DNA from: the human T2T-CHM13v2.0 reference genome, Homo sapiens
DNA: 64,000 bases
Direction: 5' to 3' (one strand)
Assembly (NCBI RefSeq): GCF_009914755.1
Contig: NC_060929.1
Shown: positions 32,639 to 47,451 of the stretch, piece by piece
How the letters are laid out: the number at the start of each line of letters is the position of its first letter
Position numbering within the stretch: position 1 is the stretch's first letter
Notes under the pieces: generated by a model
Databases searched by the model: none
The model's input: the letters and a program-made list of their open reading frames with translations, nothing else
What the model was told of the DNA's origin: nothing
Made by a program: the position numbers and the translations under genes

Positions 32639-33701
32639 TAGGTAAGATTCAATGAAAATTGCTAACTTTCAAATATTTACTATGTCATAAAAACTTGCTA
32701 CATGATTCCACACACAAACATTTTCTGAAAACTAGCATTTGGAATTACTTTTTACTATTTTTGTGACTCTAGACTTTGAAGGAATGCTTCAATGACAGCT
32801 GAGGCAAGACATTTAGCAACGTCTGCCACTGTCTTCTTTGTATTCCGTGCCAGGCACAAGGACTCTTTCTGTTGAAAGTTTTATCATGTACAAGGCTATT
32901 AACATTAGGAGGATAGGCTGAAGCATGAATAAATGCTGAGACTTACTGATGATGTCATTACACTGGTCAATAAAATACATAGAGGCAAGGGCTTCCCATG
33001 ATCTCAGGCTCGACTAAATCAGGATACACGAGCAATTAACTCTTTAATTAAGACGAATGGGTGACATTAGCCCTCCTTAAACTCTGCTCGTCAGCATTTA
33101 CAAATAGAAAAAGATAGATGCCTCCTTCCCAAGAAATATAGGTTTTATTTTTCATTCATTGACACAGTCTCATTCTTCCTACTTTGTAAACAAAGTCACT
33201 GGAGTATTGGGATGGTCAGAGATATTTTAATGTGTTCCTTCCATCAGTCATATCTCTTACTATGAAAGGCTCCATATTGGAATGTATTCAGTGTTTTATG
33301 AAGCTAACTTTACCACTATTGTTACTGAACACAATTGCTTTGCCTTTCTCCCCAATGCACACAAAGAAGATTCACGTCAGAATCTCATAGAAAAAGATGA
33401 ATGCAGCACAGCATGAAGACAGTATTTATCCATTTGTTCTACTAACAACTGTCCATTGATATCCGCTACTTTGCCAGTAACTTATTTCAAGACTGGAAAT
33501 CTAGAGCTATATACTTGAGTTCTGCTGTGTCTCAAATTAGTCAGTCTCTTGACCCTACGCAAAAATGTCTCTGAACCTCTGTTTTCTCATTTGTAAAATC
33601 TGGTTGCTGGAACAGTTGATCTCTTAATTCTTTTTCAGTAATGTTTAACACAGTAAAAATGGACAACAATGGTATGCATCATTGTAGGAACAAAGCGTCG
33701 A

Positions 33702-34006
33702 AACCAACATTGTCTTAAGAGAAATAAAAGGTGATTCATATGATTCGTATATATAATTTAAAATTCTCTAATAGCCACATTTTTAAAGGTAGAATTAATT
33801 TTAACATTTCATTCAATGTATCCAAAATGTCATTCCAGCAAGTAATCATATGTAGTTATATGATCTATTTTATATATATTACCGATTTTATAATATTTGT
33901 CGTACTATGTCTTTGAGATCCCAGTGCACACTTCAATTTAGACTAGTCTCATTTTGAGTGATCAAAAGCCACAAGTGGCTAATGGCTAACTTATTGGACA
34001 GCACAC
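33702..34006. mobile_element. hAT-Charlie MITE (MER33/MER3-like)
   Basis: taatttaaaattctctaatagccacattt...cacacttcaatttagactag...agccacaagtggctaatggctaacttattggacagcac. Confidence 0.75.
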
Positions 34007-34104
34007 TTCAAATGTCAACAAATATGAAAACAAATACAACTATATCCTTTAAATATTTGTCTGTTTTGACTAAATGTTTTGAGCAAAAATTTGTCAAATG
34101 TATG

Positions 34105-34108
34105 TTTT

Positions 34109-34144
<36 letters not shown>

Positions 34145-34428
34145 TTTTTTAGATGGAGTCTCACCCTGTCTCTAAGACTGGAGTGCAGCGGTGCGATCTC
34201 GGCTCACTGCAACTTCTGCCCCCTGTGTCCAAGCGATTCTTGTGCCTCAGCCTCCTGAGCAGCTGGAATTATAGGCATGCACCACCACGCCCAGCTAATG
34301 TTTTGTATTTTTAGTAGACAGGAGGTTTTGCCATGTCAGGCAGGCTGGTCTTGAACTCCTGACCTCAGGTGATCCACCCACCTCAGCCTCCCAAAGTGCT
34401 AGGATTACAGGCGTGAGCCACCATGCCT
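34105..34428 (-). mobile_element. Alu (AluSx-like) with (TTTA)n tail
   Basis: Antisense dimer; its 5' end abuts a 43-nt A run. Confidence 0.95.

Positions 34429-34429
<1 letters not shown>

Positions 34430-34472
<43 letters not shown>
34430..34472 (+). repeat. Poly(A)43
   Basis: Uninterrupted A run counted from sequence. Confidence 0.95.
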
Positions 34473-34474
<2 letters not shown>

Positions 34475-34767
34475 ATCAAAAACCTTGGATTGTCCATAGG
34501 CAATATAATTTACCTGAATAAATTTGATCTCATAAAAAATCACTATTGCGCAAACTTTTTTACCACTATGTGGCATAAAATGAAAACATTCAGCTATAGA
34601 AAGAGACAATATCCTATTTACGCTCCATCATAAATGGGGACCACTGTCTATTCTTTGCTTAAAAGACACTCAGATATGTGGTTAATGATACCATCTATCT
34701 AATGAATCAGATGTTATTATAAATAGAAAGGTGCTACCTATACCATAAAGAAATATACCATTTAAAA

Positions 34768-34892
34768 GCTGGGTGCAGTGGCTCATGCCTGTAATCCCAG
34801 CACTTTGGTAGACTGAGGTGGGAGGATCCCTTGAAGCCAGGAGTAAAAGACCAGCTTGGGCAACAAAGCAAGACCCTATCCCTGAAAAAAAA
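34768..34892 (+). mobile_element. Alu left monomer (FLAM-like)
   Basis: Single monomer ending gcaagaccctatccctg+A; 20-bp TSD aagaaatataccatttaaaa (34748-34767, 35024-35043). Confidence 0.88.
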
Positions 34893-35029
34893 AGGAAGGA
34901 AGGAAGGAAGAGGAAGGGAGGAAGGAAGGAAGGAAGAAAGAAAGGGAGGGAGGGAAGGAAAGAAAAAGAGAGGAAGGAAGGAACGAAGGAGGGAAGGAAG
35001 GAAGGAAGGAAGGGGAAAGAAAGAAGAAA
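34884..35029. repeat. (GGAA)n-rich polypurine tract
   Basis: 146 nt of purines with a single C at 34984. Confidence 0.95.
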
Positions 35030-35054
35030 TATACCATTTAAAAATCCATCTTTT

Positions 35055-35391
<337 letters not shown>

Positions 35392-36317
35392 TTAGCTTCA
35401 TTTACATTTTTACACATTAAGTGGAAATCATAAAATTTCAGGGGTAGTGGCAGGTCCATATTTTCATACTTGGCACATTTCACTCTAGCTGATTCTACTT
35501 ATGCATTTTTCTTGTTTAACTGGACTCAACAAATACAGTCATGAAGTTAAAAAATAAATCGAACTATAGAAAAATATTTTGGTTAGAGATGATAGGTTTT
35601 TAAAATTGCAGTTCTTTGTTATCTCACATTATGTGGATGTTTTCAATTTGAGATATTTCCTCTCATCAATAATAATAATAATAATAATGTTAACCAAACT
35701 ATATTTAGCTTTTTATAAGTGCTAGGCACTGTGCAGTGTTGTATATTTTATATAATAGTATCTAACTTAGGTCTGCCTGAATTAAAAAACTCACTGAAAA
35801 GTAACCTCTCTAATTCAAAGAAATCTCTCTCATTTATAAACTCTTATGGAAGTTTATTGATACCATTATTTTCTATATCTATGAATGTATGTTAATTACC
35901 TAGGAGCTTCAGCACTGAAAACATTCAATGAATATTTGTTGAATAAACTATTTAGATAGACTATAAGTTTTCAAATAAGACATTTACTCAGTAAATATCT
36001 ACATTCAATGTGATAGACCCTTTTTATAGTAAATGAAATAAATATTTTAAAAACTGTCTTTCTATGTGATAGACCTTTACCAATTGAAGGGTATACATAT
36101 TAAAAAATAATCACACACAGTTCTTTGTCTTGTAGAGACTCACAGTCTAGTGTAGGAGACAGATGTTAAAATCAATAGTTCTAAGACCACATTATAAAAT
36201 GCAACTGTAGAAGATTCAGAAAAGCTGGGAAGAAGAGGCTCAGTTCCCCAGGAGAGTGTAGAACATAGAGGAATGGGGATACTGCAGAAGAGTTTAGAAG
36301 AAGTAGTAGAACATTTA

Positions 36318-36339
36318 TTTCTTTCCTTTTCTTTCTTTC

Positions 36340-36371
<32 letters not shown>

Positions 36372-36455
36372 TTCTTTCTTTCTCTTCTTTCTTTCTTTTC
36401 TTTCTCTCTCTCTCTTTCTTTCTTTTCTTCTTTCTTTCTTTCTTCTTTTTTTTTT
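36318..36455. repeat. (CTTT)n/(CT)n polypyrimidine tract (Alu tail)
   Basis: 138 nt of C/T only. Confidence 0.95.
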
Positions 36456-36725
36456 AGACAGTGTCTCATTCTGTCGCCCAGGCTGGAGTGCAGTGGCACT
36501 ATCTCAGCTCACTGCAACCTCTGCCTCTGGGGTCAAGTGATTCTCCTGCCCTAGCCTCCCAAGTAGCTGTGATTACAGTGTCCCACCACCATACCCGACT
36601 GATTTTTAGTAGAGACAGGGTTTCACCATGTTGCCAGGCTGGTCTCAAACTCCTCGTCACAGGTATCTGCCCGCCTCTGCCTCCCAAAGTGCTGGGATTA
36701 CAGGCAAGAGCCACTGCACTCAGCC
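36456..36725 (-). mobile_element. Alu (AluS-like) within an antisense L2 relic
   Basis: Antisense dimer; TSD agaagtagtaga(a/c)cattt (36299-36316, 36726-36743). Confidence 0.93.
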
Positions 36726-37975
36726 AGAAGTAGTAGACCATTTCTAGGTAGCATAGCAGAGGGTGTCACAAACCAAGGGGACACAAAAATGGGAAAGAAT
36801 GGAGTGGGCTCTTTTGTCAGTAGCCTGCGAGCTTAAGAATTGGTGCATAGTGGGAACTGGCAGGACCTGTGGGTGGAAAGATGCTTGGGAACTTTATTGG
36901 GGATGACACATATGTATATATCATGTAGAATTTGACTTTTGTTAGCAATGGAAAATGATTGGAAGTTTTTAGGTAAAGACATAAAGTCAGATTTCGGTTC
37001 ACACACCATAATTGTGGCATGAAAATGGTGAACGATTTGAGAAAGCCAGACTCTAATTGGAGGCCACTGCAATAAATGAGGGGAGACAAAATGAGTGCCC
37101 ACGCAAATGTTAAAGGGTAGGTGAGGAGGAGGAAAGGATTTCAAAGCCATTCCTGGGGCTGATTCTACAGTGTTTATTACAGGCAGGTGATGGGAGAAGG
37201 GAGACAAGTACAGCTATAAAAGCTCTTAACTAGGTGAATGCTGGTTTTATTAAATATTAAAACAACACTGGACTTAATGTAATCATTTTTTCTGGTTTCA
37301 AAAGCACTTTCAGAGTTTAGCAATGTTCCCTGTCAATTTGAGTAGTAGTTTATTGTAATGTTGTGGAAAATACCCCGAACAGAGTAAGAAAAACTATTTC
37401 ACAAACTGCCTCTGCAAATTGGGCACAAGAATCCTTAGCTCTGAAGAACTCATAGAAAATGGTGAGGATTAAAGCTATAAGCAACCTTTGGCTGTGGAAA
37501 AAAAACATAACTTCTCTGATTCTTCTTTCTAGTCTAGTATTTGGAGACAAAGTAGTTAATTAAGCACATGTGTGTTTTCAAAATCAGTCACAGTAAGTAT
37601 TCTTGAGGAAAGACCTTGCAATCATACCAAATGTTCCCCAAAATATAAAAGTTAGTTAGGACTTTAATGAGATGGGGAACATAAAGCAAAGCTGTATGTG
37701 CTTTCTCTTACACCCCCAAAAGACAAAAACAAAAAGTCTGGAGAAACCAAATGACTATCTAAAACTATCCTTTTTCAAATCTTCCCAAAAGAAAAAAGAG
37801 AATTAGAAGGTCAGTTTAGACAAAGTCACAAATTGTCAAATTGCTATTATTAATAGTAGTAATATAAAAATAAGTCATCATTATGTTCCTATTGATACAT
37901 TATGATATTACACTTGTACTGTAAACAGGACCATCACTGGCCACATGAATCTTTTGAGTTGTGGGATACATAATT

Positions 37976-38492
<517 letters not shown>

Positions 38493-38892
38493 CTATGTAT
38501 GAAGCTTCTTAGGAGATTCTGAAGGTTGCGGTTATAATGTACAGAAAGTCATTTAATACTTTAAATTAAAACATAATCAAGTGTGGCAATTCATGAATTA
38601 AATGCTGCATGAAATTCAAATGGAAGACAGAAATATAAAGACTGTGTTGCTCCAGATTCTCTATCAATAAGCATGTTTTTCCCTGCTCATAGGACTTATG
38701 TTATTTGAAGTCATTCACGTGCCATTTAACATTTTCTCTGAGAAACTGCCTTAAAAAAAAAAAAAAACCTGGGTGAAGTTGTAATAATAGGGAATACTGA
38801 ATGCAGAAGGTTTGGAACAGTTTTCACCTTGGGAGTGGTACCCTCTAGCTTGGTCCGTTTATATCCGCTGAGGACAGAGAACTTAACTTTAT

Positions 38893-39532
38893 AGCTAGGA
38901 TCACAAATTTAAATGCCTAAGGCAAGGCTGGTATTCAGCACTAACTACAGTCACTCCCACATCAGTTGGAAGATATCTGCCGGCTCAAACTCCCCAGGCA
39001 CCCCCAAACTACCCCAGGTGCCCTGGGTGATCTCCTAGTCTCTCTGGGAACAGTCCTACAACCAAGGGGTTGATAATGTAGCAGGGAGCCCAGGAACTCT
39101 TCTAGGTTGTAAAAGCAGGGCCTGTAATAATTCCTATTGGTTGGTGTCCAAGCCATGCTTACTATTATGTATTTATCAGTCTGGGTGAAGTAAACCTGGT
39201 TGAAGTGTCCCAGCTGTAAAGAACTATTCAAATGGTGACGGTGAGCCATACTGAAGAGCAAAGACCAGCAAACACCGGGGAGTGGTGGGGAGAGGGGGCA
39301 CTTGATACTACACGCCCCTGTGAGTGTAAGCAGCCCCGACTCAGCCCCAGCAGATGGTCGCCATGTGGGAACGCAGCTCGAGAGTTGCCAGATTTTTTGA
39401 GAGAAGCAGTGAAATCTAATGATTTTTAAACATTGGCAATTAATTCAAATGTAAAACACTATTCAGCTACCACTGCAGCCTATATAATCCCTTCTGGGGA
39501 TAACCTGTGGGCCAGCAGTTGGCAAATTCCAC
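38893..39532. mobile_element. Possible MER102-like hAT relic with unclassified insert
   Basis: Ends gatcacaaatttaaatgcct... and ...tgtgggccagcagttggcaa; gttgccagattt...agagaagc..gaaatc internal motif. Confidence 0.45.
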
Positions 39533-41159
39533 TTTAGAAGGATGGTGAGAGGACTGTCTTTATTCCCAATTCCAACATGGAATGATTTCTCAGACTACAA
39601 GCCTTCCCTATACTAAAGAGGATTTCTCTGAAACACCATTCCAGGTGACTTCAACCTGCTGCTGGCATTTAAGACGACCATGGGCCTGCCTCTTAGGGAG
39701 CTAAACAATTGACACTTTGGGCTATGCCTTTTATGGTACAAAACTCCTATCTCCACATGACCAAAGAAAGAGAGGTTGTGTGTACTCACTTGTCAAGTTT
39801 TCAGGAAAACATGCTCTATAGATGGCTTTAATATGAGCTTCATGTGAAGGTCAGGTGGCCATGAAATTCAGGGACTATATTTATGATTTTACCTGAGGAA
39901 ATGCACCAGGTAAAACACAAATGCTCAATACTGCTTTTCTGAGTAGACGTTGCTAATTAAAATGCCTTATGAAATCATTTAAAATGAACCCAGCAAAAGG
40001 TGACAGAAACATTTTATTTGATGATAAAGAGTGGACAAGTGAAACATTTCCATAATTCTTTTGCTCAATAACTGATCTACTAAAATGCCTCTGTTTTTGC
40101 TTTTTATTGATACCTCGGTTGATGTTTCAGAATATTGGGGGATATTTGGATCACTTATTTGCACTTATTTGGGGCACTTATTTGCTGTCCCATTCCCAGT
40201 TTTATGGTCTCTATCCCAGAGTAATAATTTGTATAATGACATGATTGAGGGAAAAACATTTCATTGAAAAAACTGGAAAAAGAATTTTATCAAGTTTTCT
40301 ACATAGGGCTACGTTGTAGAAGCCTCAGTTATGAAGATGATTCTGGGAGGTGCAGTAAGCCACTTGGAAGGGAGGCCATGTGCAGGGGGTTTGAAAAGGA
40401 CTCATTTTCTTTAGCCGGTTATAAAAATCCAAAATAAATAAATAAATACAAGGCATAGAGAGGGCTCATATGAGCAAGGCCACTCAGTTCACAGACACAG
40501 TCATATCATGGATAGTTACCCCTGGAATGTTCTTCGGAAGAAGTAACCTTCAACCCTTTCCTGCTACAGCAGAGGAAATTGAGGCCCAAAAACTAATGTT
40601 CACAGATGTCCCCAAAGTCACAGAGCTAGTTTTCTGATGACTGTTTTCTTTATCGCATTTCCATCTGCTGACATTCCCGAAGCCCTATGTCTTGTGGCCA
40701 TTTCATGTGACAAGGGTAAGAAAATAAGAGAAAAAACTTATGGGTGGGGGGTGGTGTGTGTGTACAAGTGCACGTGTGTGCATGTTATTTGTTGGTAATT
40801 TTATTCAAATGTTCAAGGGGAAGGAAGTTGCATTCAAAAGTAAAATGGTATTTTAGCATGCTAATAATTCTTAGCTCTCTCTCATGCCAAATAAGTTAAA
40901 AGCTGTCAATACAATAACTAAAATAAGTTCTGCGGAATTGACAGCTTTCAAGAGGAAGAAAAGAGTATACATACATTATCTCGTAACCTCCTATAAGCTT
41001 TTAGGTGCTCATGAAGAGTCTGGGGCTGAAAGGGGTAAAATAGCTTTCACCAAGTCGCCTTGTTGATTACTGGCAAAGCTGGCAGTATGAGGTGGTGAAT
41101 AGAACATTCCCCTTTAGCTCAAGGCTTGGGTTTGACTGCAACACTGGGTCTGCCCACCA

Positions 41160-41418
41160 ACTTGGGTTTGACCATTGCCTCCAACACTCCCAAGACAGAA
41201 GACCTTGGGCTACTTACTGGAATCTAAGTGTGAGTTTCTTATCAGCAAACTAGAGTAATAATAGTTCTCACATCATATGCAAAATGGTAATCAAAACTCA
41301 TAGTAGTAATTTTTGAGGTTGTTTGAAAGATTCAGTGAAATAATTCACATAAAGCACTTAGCTTATGTTTGCTGCATAGTGAATGCTCAGGAAATATTAG
41401 CTGTTATTATTATCATTA
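41160..41418 (+). mobile_element. MIR
   Basis: gggtttga..gaccttggg...taaagcactta...tgctcaggaaatattagctgttattatt. Confidence 0.75.
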
Positions 41419-41799
41419 TTTCTGGGGCTCCAAGGTGTGTGCCTTTTTTTCGTGGTATCACACATTGTCTTCATACGCCTATCCTAGTTTATCACCTTTA
41501 TACACACTGACATGTTAAAATTTTGTAATGATGATTTCCATTTTTCAAGGATCTACAGGCATTTCAGCAACAGTTTATCTTCATAATGAAGAAAGTGTTA
41601 ACAACACTCAGTTGAAAATTAGGCTGGATGATTGAACCCAGAATTCTCAAACACCCCCTCTGCACCCTTTTCCTAATCATCAACACCTTGACCACTTTCC
41701 TAATGTGATGCATGCAGATTAAGTCCTTTGTTTATTGATTGGCCAAATATATGCAGGGCGAATGTATGCTACTTCATCCTTGGCTCTGCCAAGGGAGAC

Positions 41800-41815
41800 T
41801 GTTACCATGGTAACA
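41800..41815. promoter_or_regulatory. Perfect palindromic RFX X-box motif
   Basis: tGTTACCATGGTAACa matches GTTRCCATGGYAAC; tgattgg (inverted CCAAT) about 60 nt upstream. Confidence 0.55.
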
Positions 41816-42339
41816 AAGGCATCCTTTGACTCCTATTTCTACACAGAATTATAGAAATGCTTCTTAAAAATACTTACAATAATATTTAATGTCGAATCAA
41901 AAGTAATTTTTCTCATTGTTTGAGGAGTAAAATTGATTTTCTCTGGGCAAAGTTTGTTTGGATGCCCAAATGTACTGTTTATAGTAATGTGTTCCACCAA
42001 ATTTCTTTAAAAGCCAGTTAAACATATTTTGTCTTAACTTCTAATCTAATTTCATCATTTGGAAGTGCTTCTTGCTGCACCGTGCCTATTTTGATTTGGA
42101 AATAGTGCACATTCCATCTTTGCTATGTCAGGGTAAGGTGGAGGGGAACAGAATGAATCATTCGATTTCTTATGTCAGGAAGGGAGAGGGAGATGCAAGC
42201 TTGAGTATGTTCAGGAGTCTATGGCTTATTTTAATGCTGAGATTTTCAGGTGGCAGCTCGTGCTTGGTTTATGATTCCAGTGGATCAAAATCCATTCTTT
42301 CTCAAGAGGCATCTATTTTTATTTTTTCAAAATTAAAAC

Positions 42340-42740
42340 TAAGTTTGGTTCTCATCATAAGAACAATACGTGATTTTTCGAAAGAGTCAGAAAATATAGA
42401 GCAATAAAATAAAGACACCCATAATCCTACTTCCTAGAGATAACCATCATTGCTATCTGGTAACAGATATTATTCCAGAGTTTCTTGTGTTGATATATGT
42501 TTCATTTTACAAAATAAGACTTACCTCTGTAATGTTTTGTAACTTGCGTTTTTCATTTATTCATGTACTGGATGTGTTGAAAGATCACTTCTGATGCACT
42601 ATGTTGAATGGCTGCAAAGTTGTAAAATATTGATAATTTGAATTAATATTCATTCATTGAATATTTAGGTAGTTATTAGATTTTCCCTAATTGAAGGAGA
42701 ATTGTATTGAATTCTGTTTGTTAACCTCTTCATCTGCTTT
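42340..42740 (-). mobile_element. Old L1ME 3' end
   Basis: aaataaagacacccataatcctacttcctagagataaccat...ttttacaaaat...tgttttgtaacttgc. Confidence 0.7.
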
Positions 42741-43241
42741 TCAGATACCTGTAAATGAGAAAGGATAAAGCTAGATTCTTGCATCTTGCTGAGATTAAAG
42801 GAATGTGAAGGATGGTTAAGGTGGCTCTCTAGTAAACCTCTGCCTCCCTTCATGGGAGAAGACCCAGAGAATCCCCGCATGGTGTCCGCATCTCGCAATT
42901 ATAGCCGTGAACTCCATGTCAGCTTGTCTTCTATGGCCTTGAGCCATTCACACGTTAGACTCCAGCATCAGCTACCTAGTATCTTCAGAGGGATTTTAGA
43001 TCTTTATTTTTTCACAAATATTTGACGAAGATCAATTATATCCTAGTACTCTGCTATCCTCTGTGAATTATACTACCTACCCATCATGCACGATCATGTA
43101 CACAAATGTTTAAGTGACAGGATGTAAAACAGCATGGGCTTTCACCTATGAGAATTACAGGTCTGAATCCCAAGTCTTCTACTAAACAGTTAATTAATAT
43201 TTTTGAGATTTGGTTTTCTCATCTTGAAAATGGTAGAAATA

Positions 43242-43745
<504 letters not shown>

Positions 43746-44219
43746 TCAATAGACTAAGCCCAGAGCTGCAAGTTTAAAACTGCATGTCTAAGTGCCAGCT
43801 CTCCATGACTCACTGCCTGACCTGGGGTTAACCACTTAATCTCTCTCTCTCTCTGCCTTGGTTTTCCTCTCCATACTATGAGCATAATAACTCTTACCCC
43901 CCTCACTGGGGTAAGAATGATTAATCACTGTTTATAAAGCTCAAGAAATCCTTTGAGTATGAAGTGCAGTGAGATTGGAAAGCATTATTAGTATTAGCTG
44001 CTTTCTTAATAACTAAACCAACATTCTGGGGACTGCTGAATGGAGTACTTTGGAGTTAGACCCTCATCCTATATCACTGTCAAGCACCTCAGTTCCTTTA
44101 GCCCTGCCCCTCCGGATATCAGTTTTTCTACCATCTTAATGCTTGCTCTTCAACAGGCTGCAATCAATTTCCTGCTTATAGTCAAGTGCCCATAGCCACC
44201 CACACCCATAGGCAATGCT

Positions 44220-44620
44220 TTTTCACTTCAACAAGTATTTATTAAGCAATTGGATGGTGCTATGCTGGATGCTAGAGATACAGGAATGGATGAGGATCAA
44301 TACAATCCTTACCTTCAAGGTACATAGCACCTATTATACAGGATAACAGAATCCTAGGGCTCCACATACATGCACATATGTAGTCAGCAAAGTCTTCCTG
44401 CTAGAGGTGATATGCAACTGAAAATTGGGAGGGAAGAAACTTATAGCCAGGGAAATATTGGGGGAAGGGGAGAGAAACAGGAAAGAGTGGCATAGAGCGA
44501 GGGAACTTATTATCCAAGCCCCAAAATGAGAAAGGGTAAGGTCTGGTAAGAAAATTGAAAGAAGTTTCATAGGATTGAAGCCGAAGAAAGGGAAAGTGTC
44601 ATATGAAATGATACTCCCAA
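44220..44620 (-). mobile_element. L2 3' relic
   Basis: ttcaacaagtatttattaagca...tgctagagataca...ggaggtga-like motifs. Confidence 0.6.
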
Positions 44621-44769
44621 CAAATATAATTCTGTCTGTTGGTCAGGCGCAGCCTAGTGACCTGGTCAGTGGTGTCCTTTATTTAATGCACCTCCAGGCC
44701 TGGAATGTTGGCTTCTCTCCAGCCTGGACATTTGAACTGACTACTTCTTCCTGAACTCTTGGACTCTAG

Positions 44770-45108
<339 letters not shown>

Positions 45109-46754
45109 TAGTTTCTTAGTGTTGATATTAATAAACACTTTTTGTCTGACTACTTGCTGCTGTCCTGTCCCTTTCCTTGTAGCTATCACCTATTTTTTAG
45201 TAGAGTTGTCAATCTCAAGTATGCTGTTGGTATAAATTGGGCCCCAACATTCTAAAAACCAAAACTCTGTACAGATAAAATGAAACAACTAAAAAAGAGA
45301 AAGAGGCATATCTGCAAGCAGTTAAGTAAAACATCACTATGATGTTCCTATGTATAACTATGAAAGAAATGCATGTGGTTTAGGTTCCTGATAAGTAATG
45401 CATATTGTACATTAATTTTGCAAGTATATAAAAGAAAAGCCTTGAAAATAGCACCAGTAAGTGTATATATCAAAACCTAAATGGCATAATGAAACCTTAA
45501 ACAAGCGGTGAGAATTAAATGGAAAGAACTAGATTCCCCCCAAAAAGAAAAGAGAGACTTGTCAGTAACAAAAACATAGAATAAAACTTTAATCAACATC
45601 AGAGTTAATCAGCTCATTTGGTAACTGACAGTTCAATGAAGTATCTGTTTTAAAATCATGGGCAAAGCAGACTGCCAAGTTTTATTTGTCATCTGATATA
45701 AGTTGAGCTATAGTCCGAGGTGGTGGAAAACCTTTCTTGTTGGATTTTACCTCTTTAATCTCAAATGAAAACTGGCATTCCATCTGGCTAATGTCCAATG
45801 TGACACATTTTGGGAGCCATCAACTACCTAGCCTTACAAATCAAGAACACTGATTAAATAATCAAGATTTCTGAAAGCCTTGAGGGAGCTATACGTTTTT
45901 TGCATCAGTAATTGCCATTCTGTTTGTAGCACAAGACGTTTTTGAGCTCTGGAAGAAATCTTGTGTTTGACATACAGGCATTGAGTCTCTTATTTGTGGG
46001 TTAGCAAGAGTTTGACATCCTTAGAAGTAATATGATAGCAAATATGGAAATTGTGAGATTTTAAAAATGTCTTAAACTAATGAAACTTGTCACTAAGAAG
46101 ATGAAACAAGATAAGTAATTATTTGGTTATTTATTTTGAGGGGAGAATAAAGGTAATGATATTTTGCCTAGCATCCATTAAAATAAAAGCTGTTATTGTT
46201 CTTTCTGATGATGTTATTATGTAACAAATATCTACATAATTATTAATCCTCCATACACATATTCAAAAGTCACCTCTCCCCTATACTAAATAGAAATGTA
46301 AAGATGGAAAATTCTTCTCAAGACACGTGGTCAAACACACCTTTATGGTGATTTAAAATAACCATTGCTCAAAGTAGCAAGACATTGATTAGAATAATAA
46401 CTGATTTCCCTGAATTGCATGCATGAAGGAATAATTCTTTCATTTCAGATGTCAAAATTAGTCCAGAAAATATCAATGAACATTATTAATGTTACATTCA
46501 GCTTTGGCCCTAGGCAAAATTGTCAATTTGGTGAAGTTATTCCTTGCCATTTCTCAACATACCTTTGAAGGATTTTATTTATGCTGGTATTAAATCATTT
46601 ATTCATTCAACAATTTTTTACTGAGACTCTACTAGATGGCAGTCATAATTCCCAGTGCTAGAGATACAGCAACAAAAAAGACAAACACCTTGTGTATCTA
46701 GACCTTATATTCTGAAAACCAGAGTGGAATCAGATAATTAAAAACCTAATTCAG

Positions 46755-47069
<315 letters not shown>

Positions 47070-47154
47070 GCCTAATTAAGCTTAAAAAGAAGTTTGTAGA
47101 TTATGGTAAATGTAATAACAATAATAGAATGATACATTGGAGGTTATCTGAGGC

Positions 47155-47451
47155 TTTCTTTTTTTTTTTTTCTTCTTTTTTGACCGGGAGTCTTGCTTTG
47201 TTGCCCAAGCTGGAGTGCAGTGGCAATCTCAGCTCACTGCAACCTCCACCTCCCAGGTTCAAAAGATTCTCCTGCCTCAGCCTCCTGAGTAGCTGGGATT
47301 ACAGGCACGTGCCACCACACCCAGCTAATCTTTAGTAGAGACAGGATTTCACCATGTTGGTCAGGATGGTCTCGAACTCCTGATCTTGTGATCCGCCCAC
47401 CTCAGCCTCCCAGAGGGCTGGGATTACAGGTGTGAGCCACTGTGCCTGGCC
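47155..47451 (-). mobile_element. Alu (AluS-like)
   Basis: Antisense dimer; TSD tatctgaggctttctt. Confidence 0.95.

Noticed and set aside
46629-46644. ctactagatggcagtc resembling a CTCF motif
   Set aside because: Mismatch at a core C and inside an L2 relic; not supportable from sequence alone
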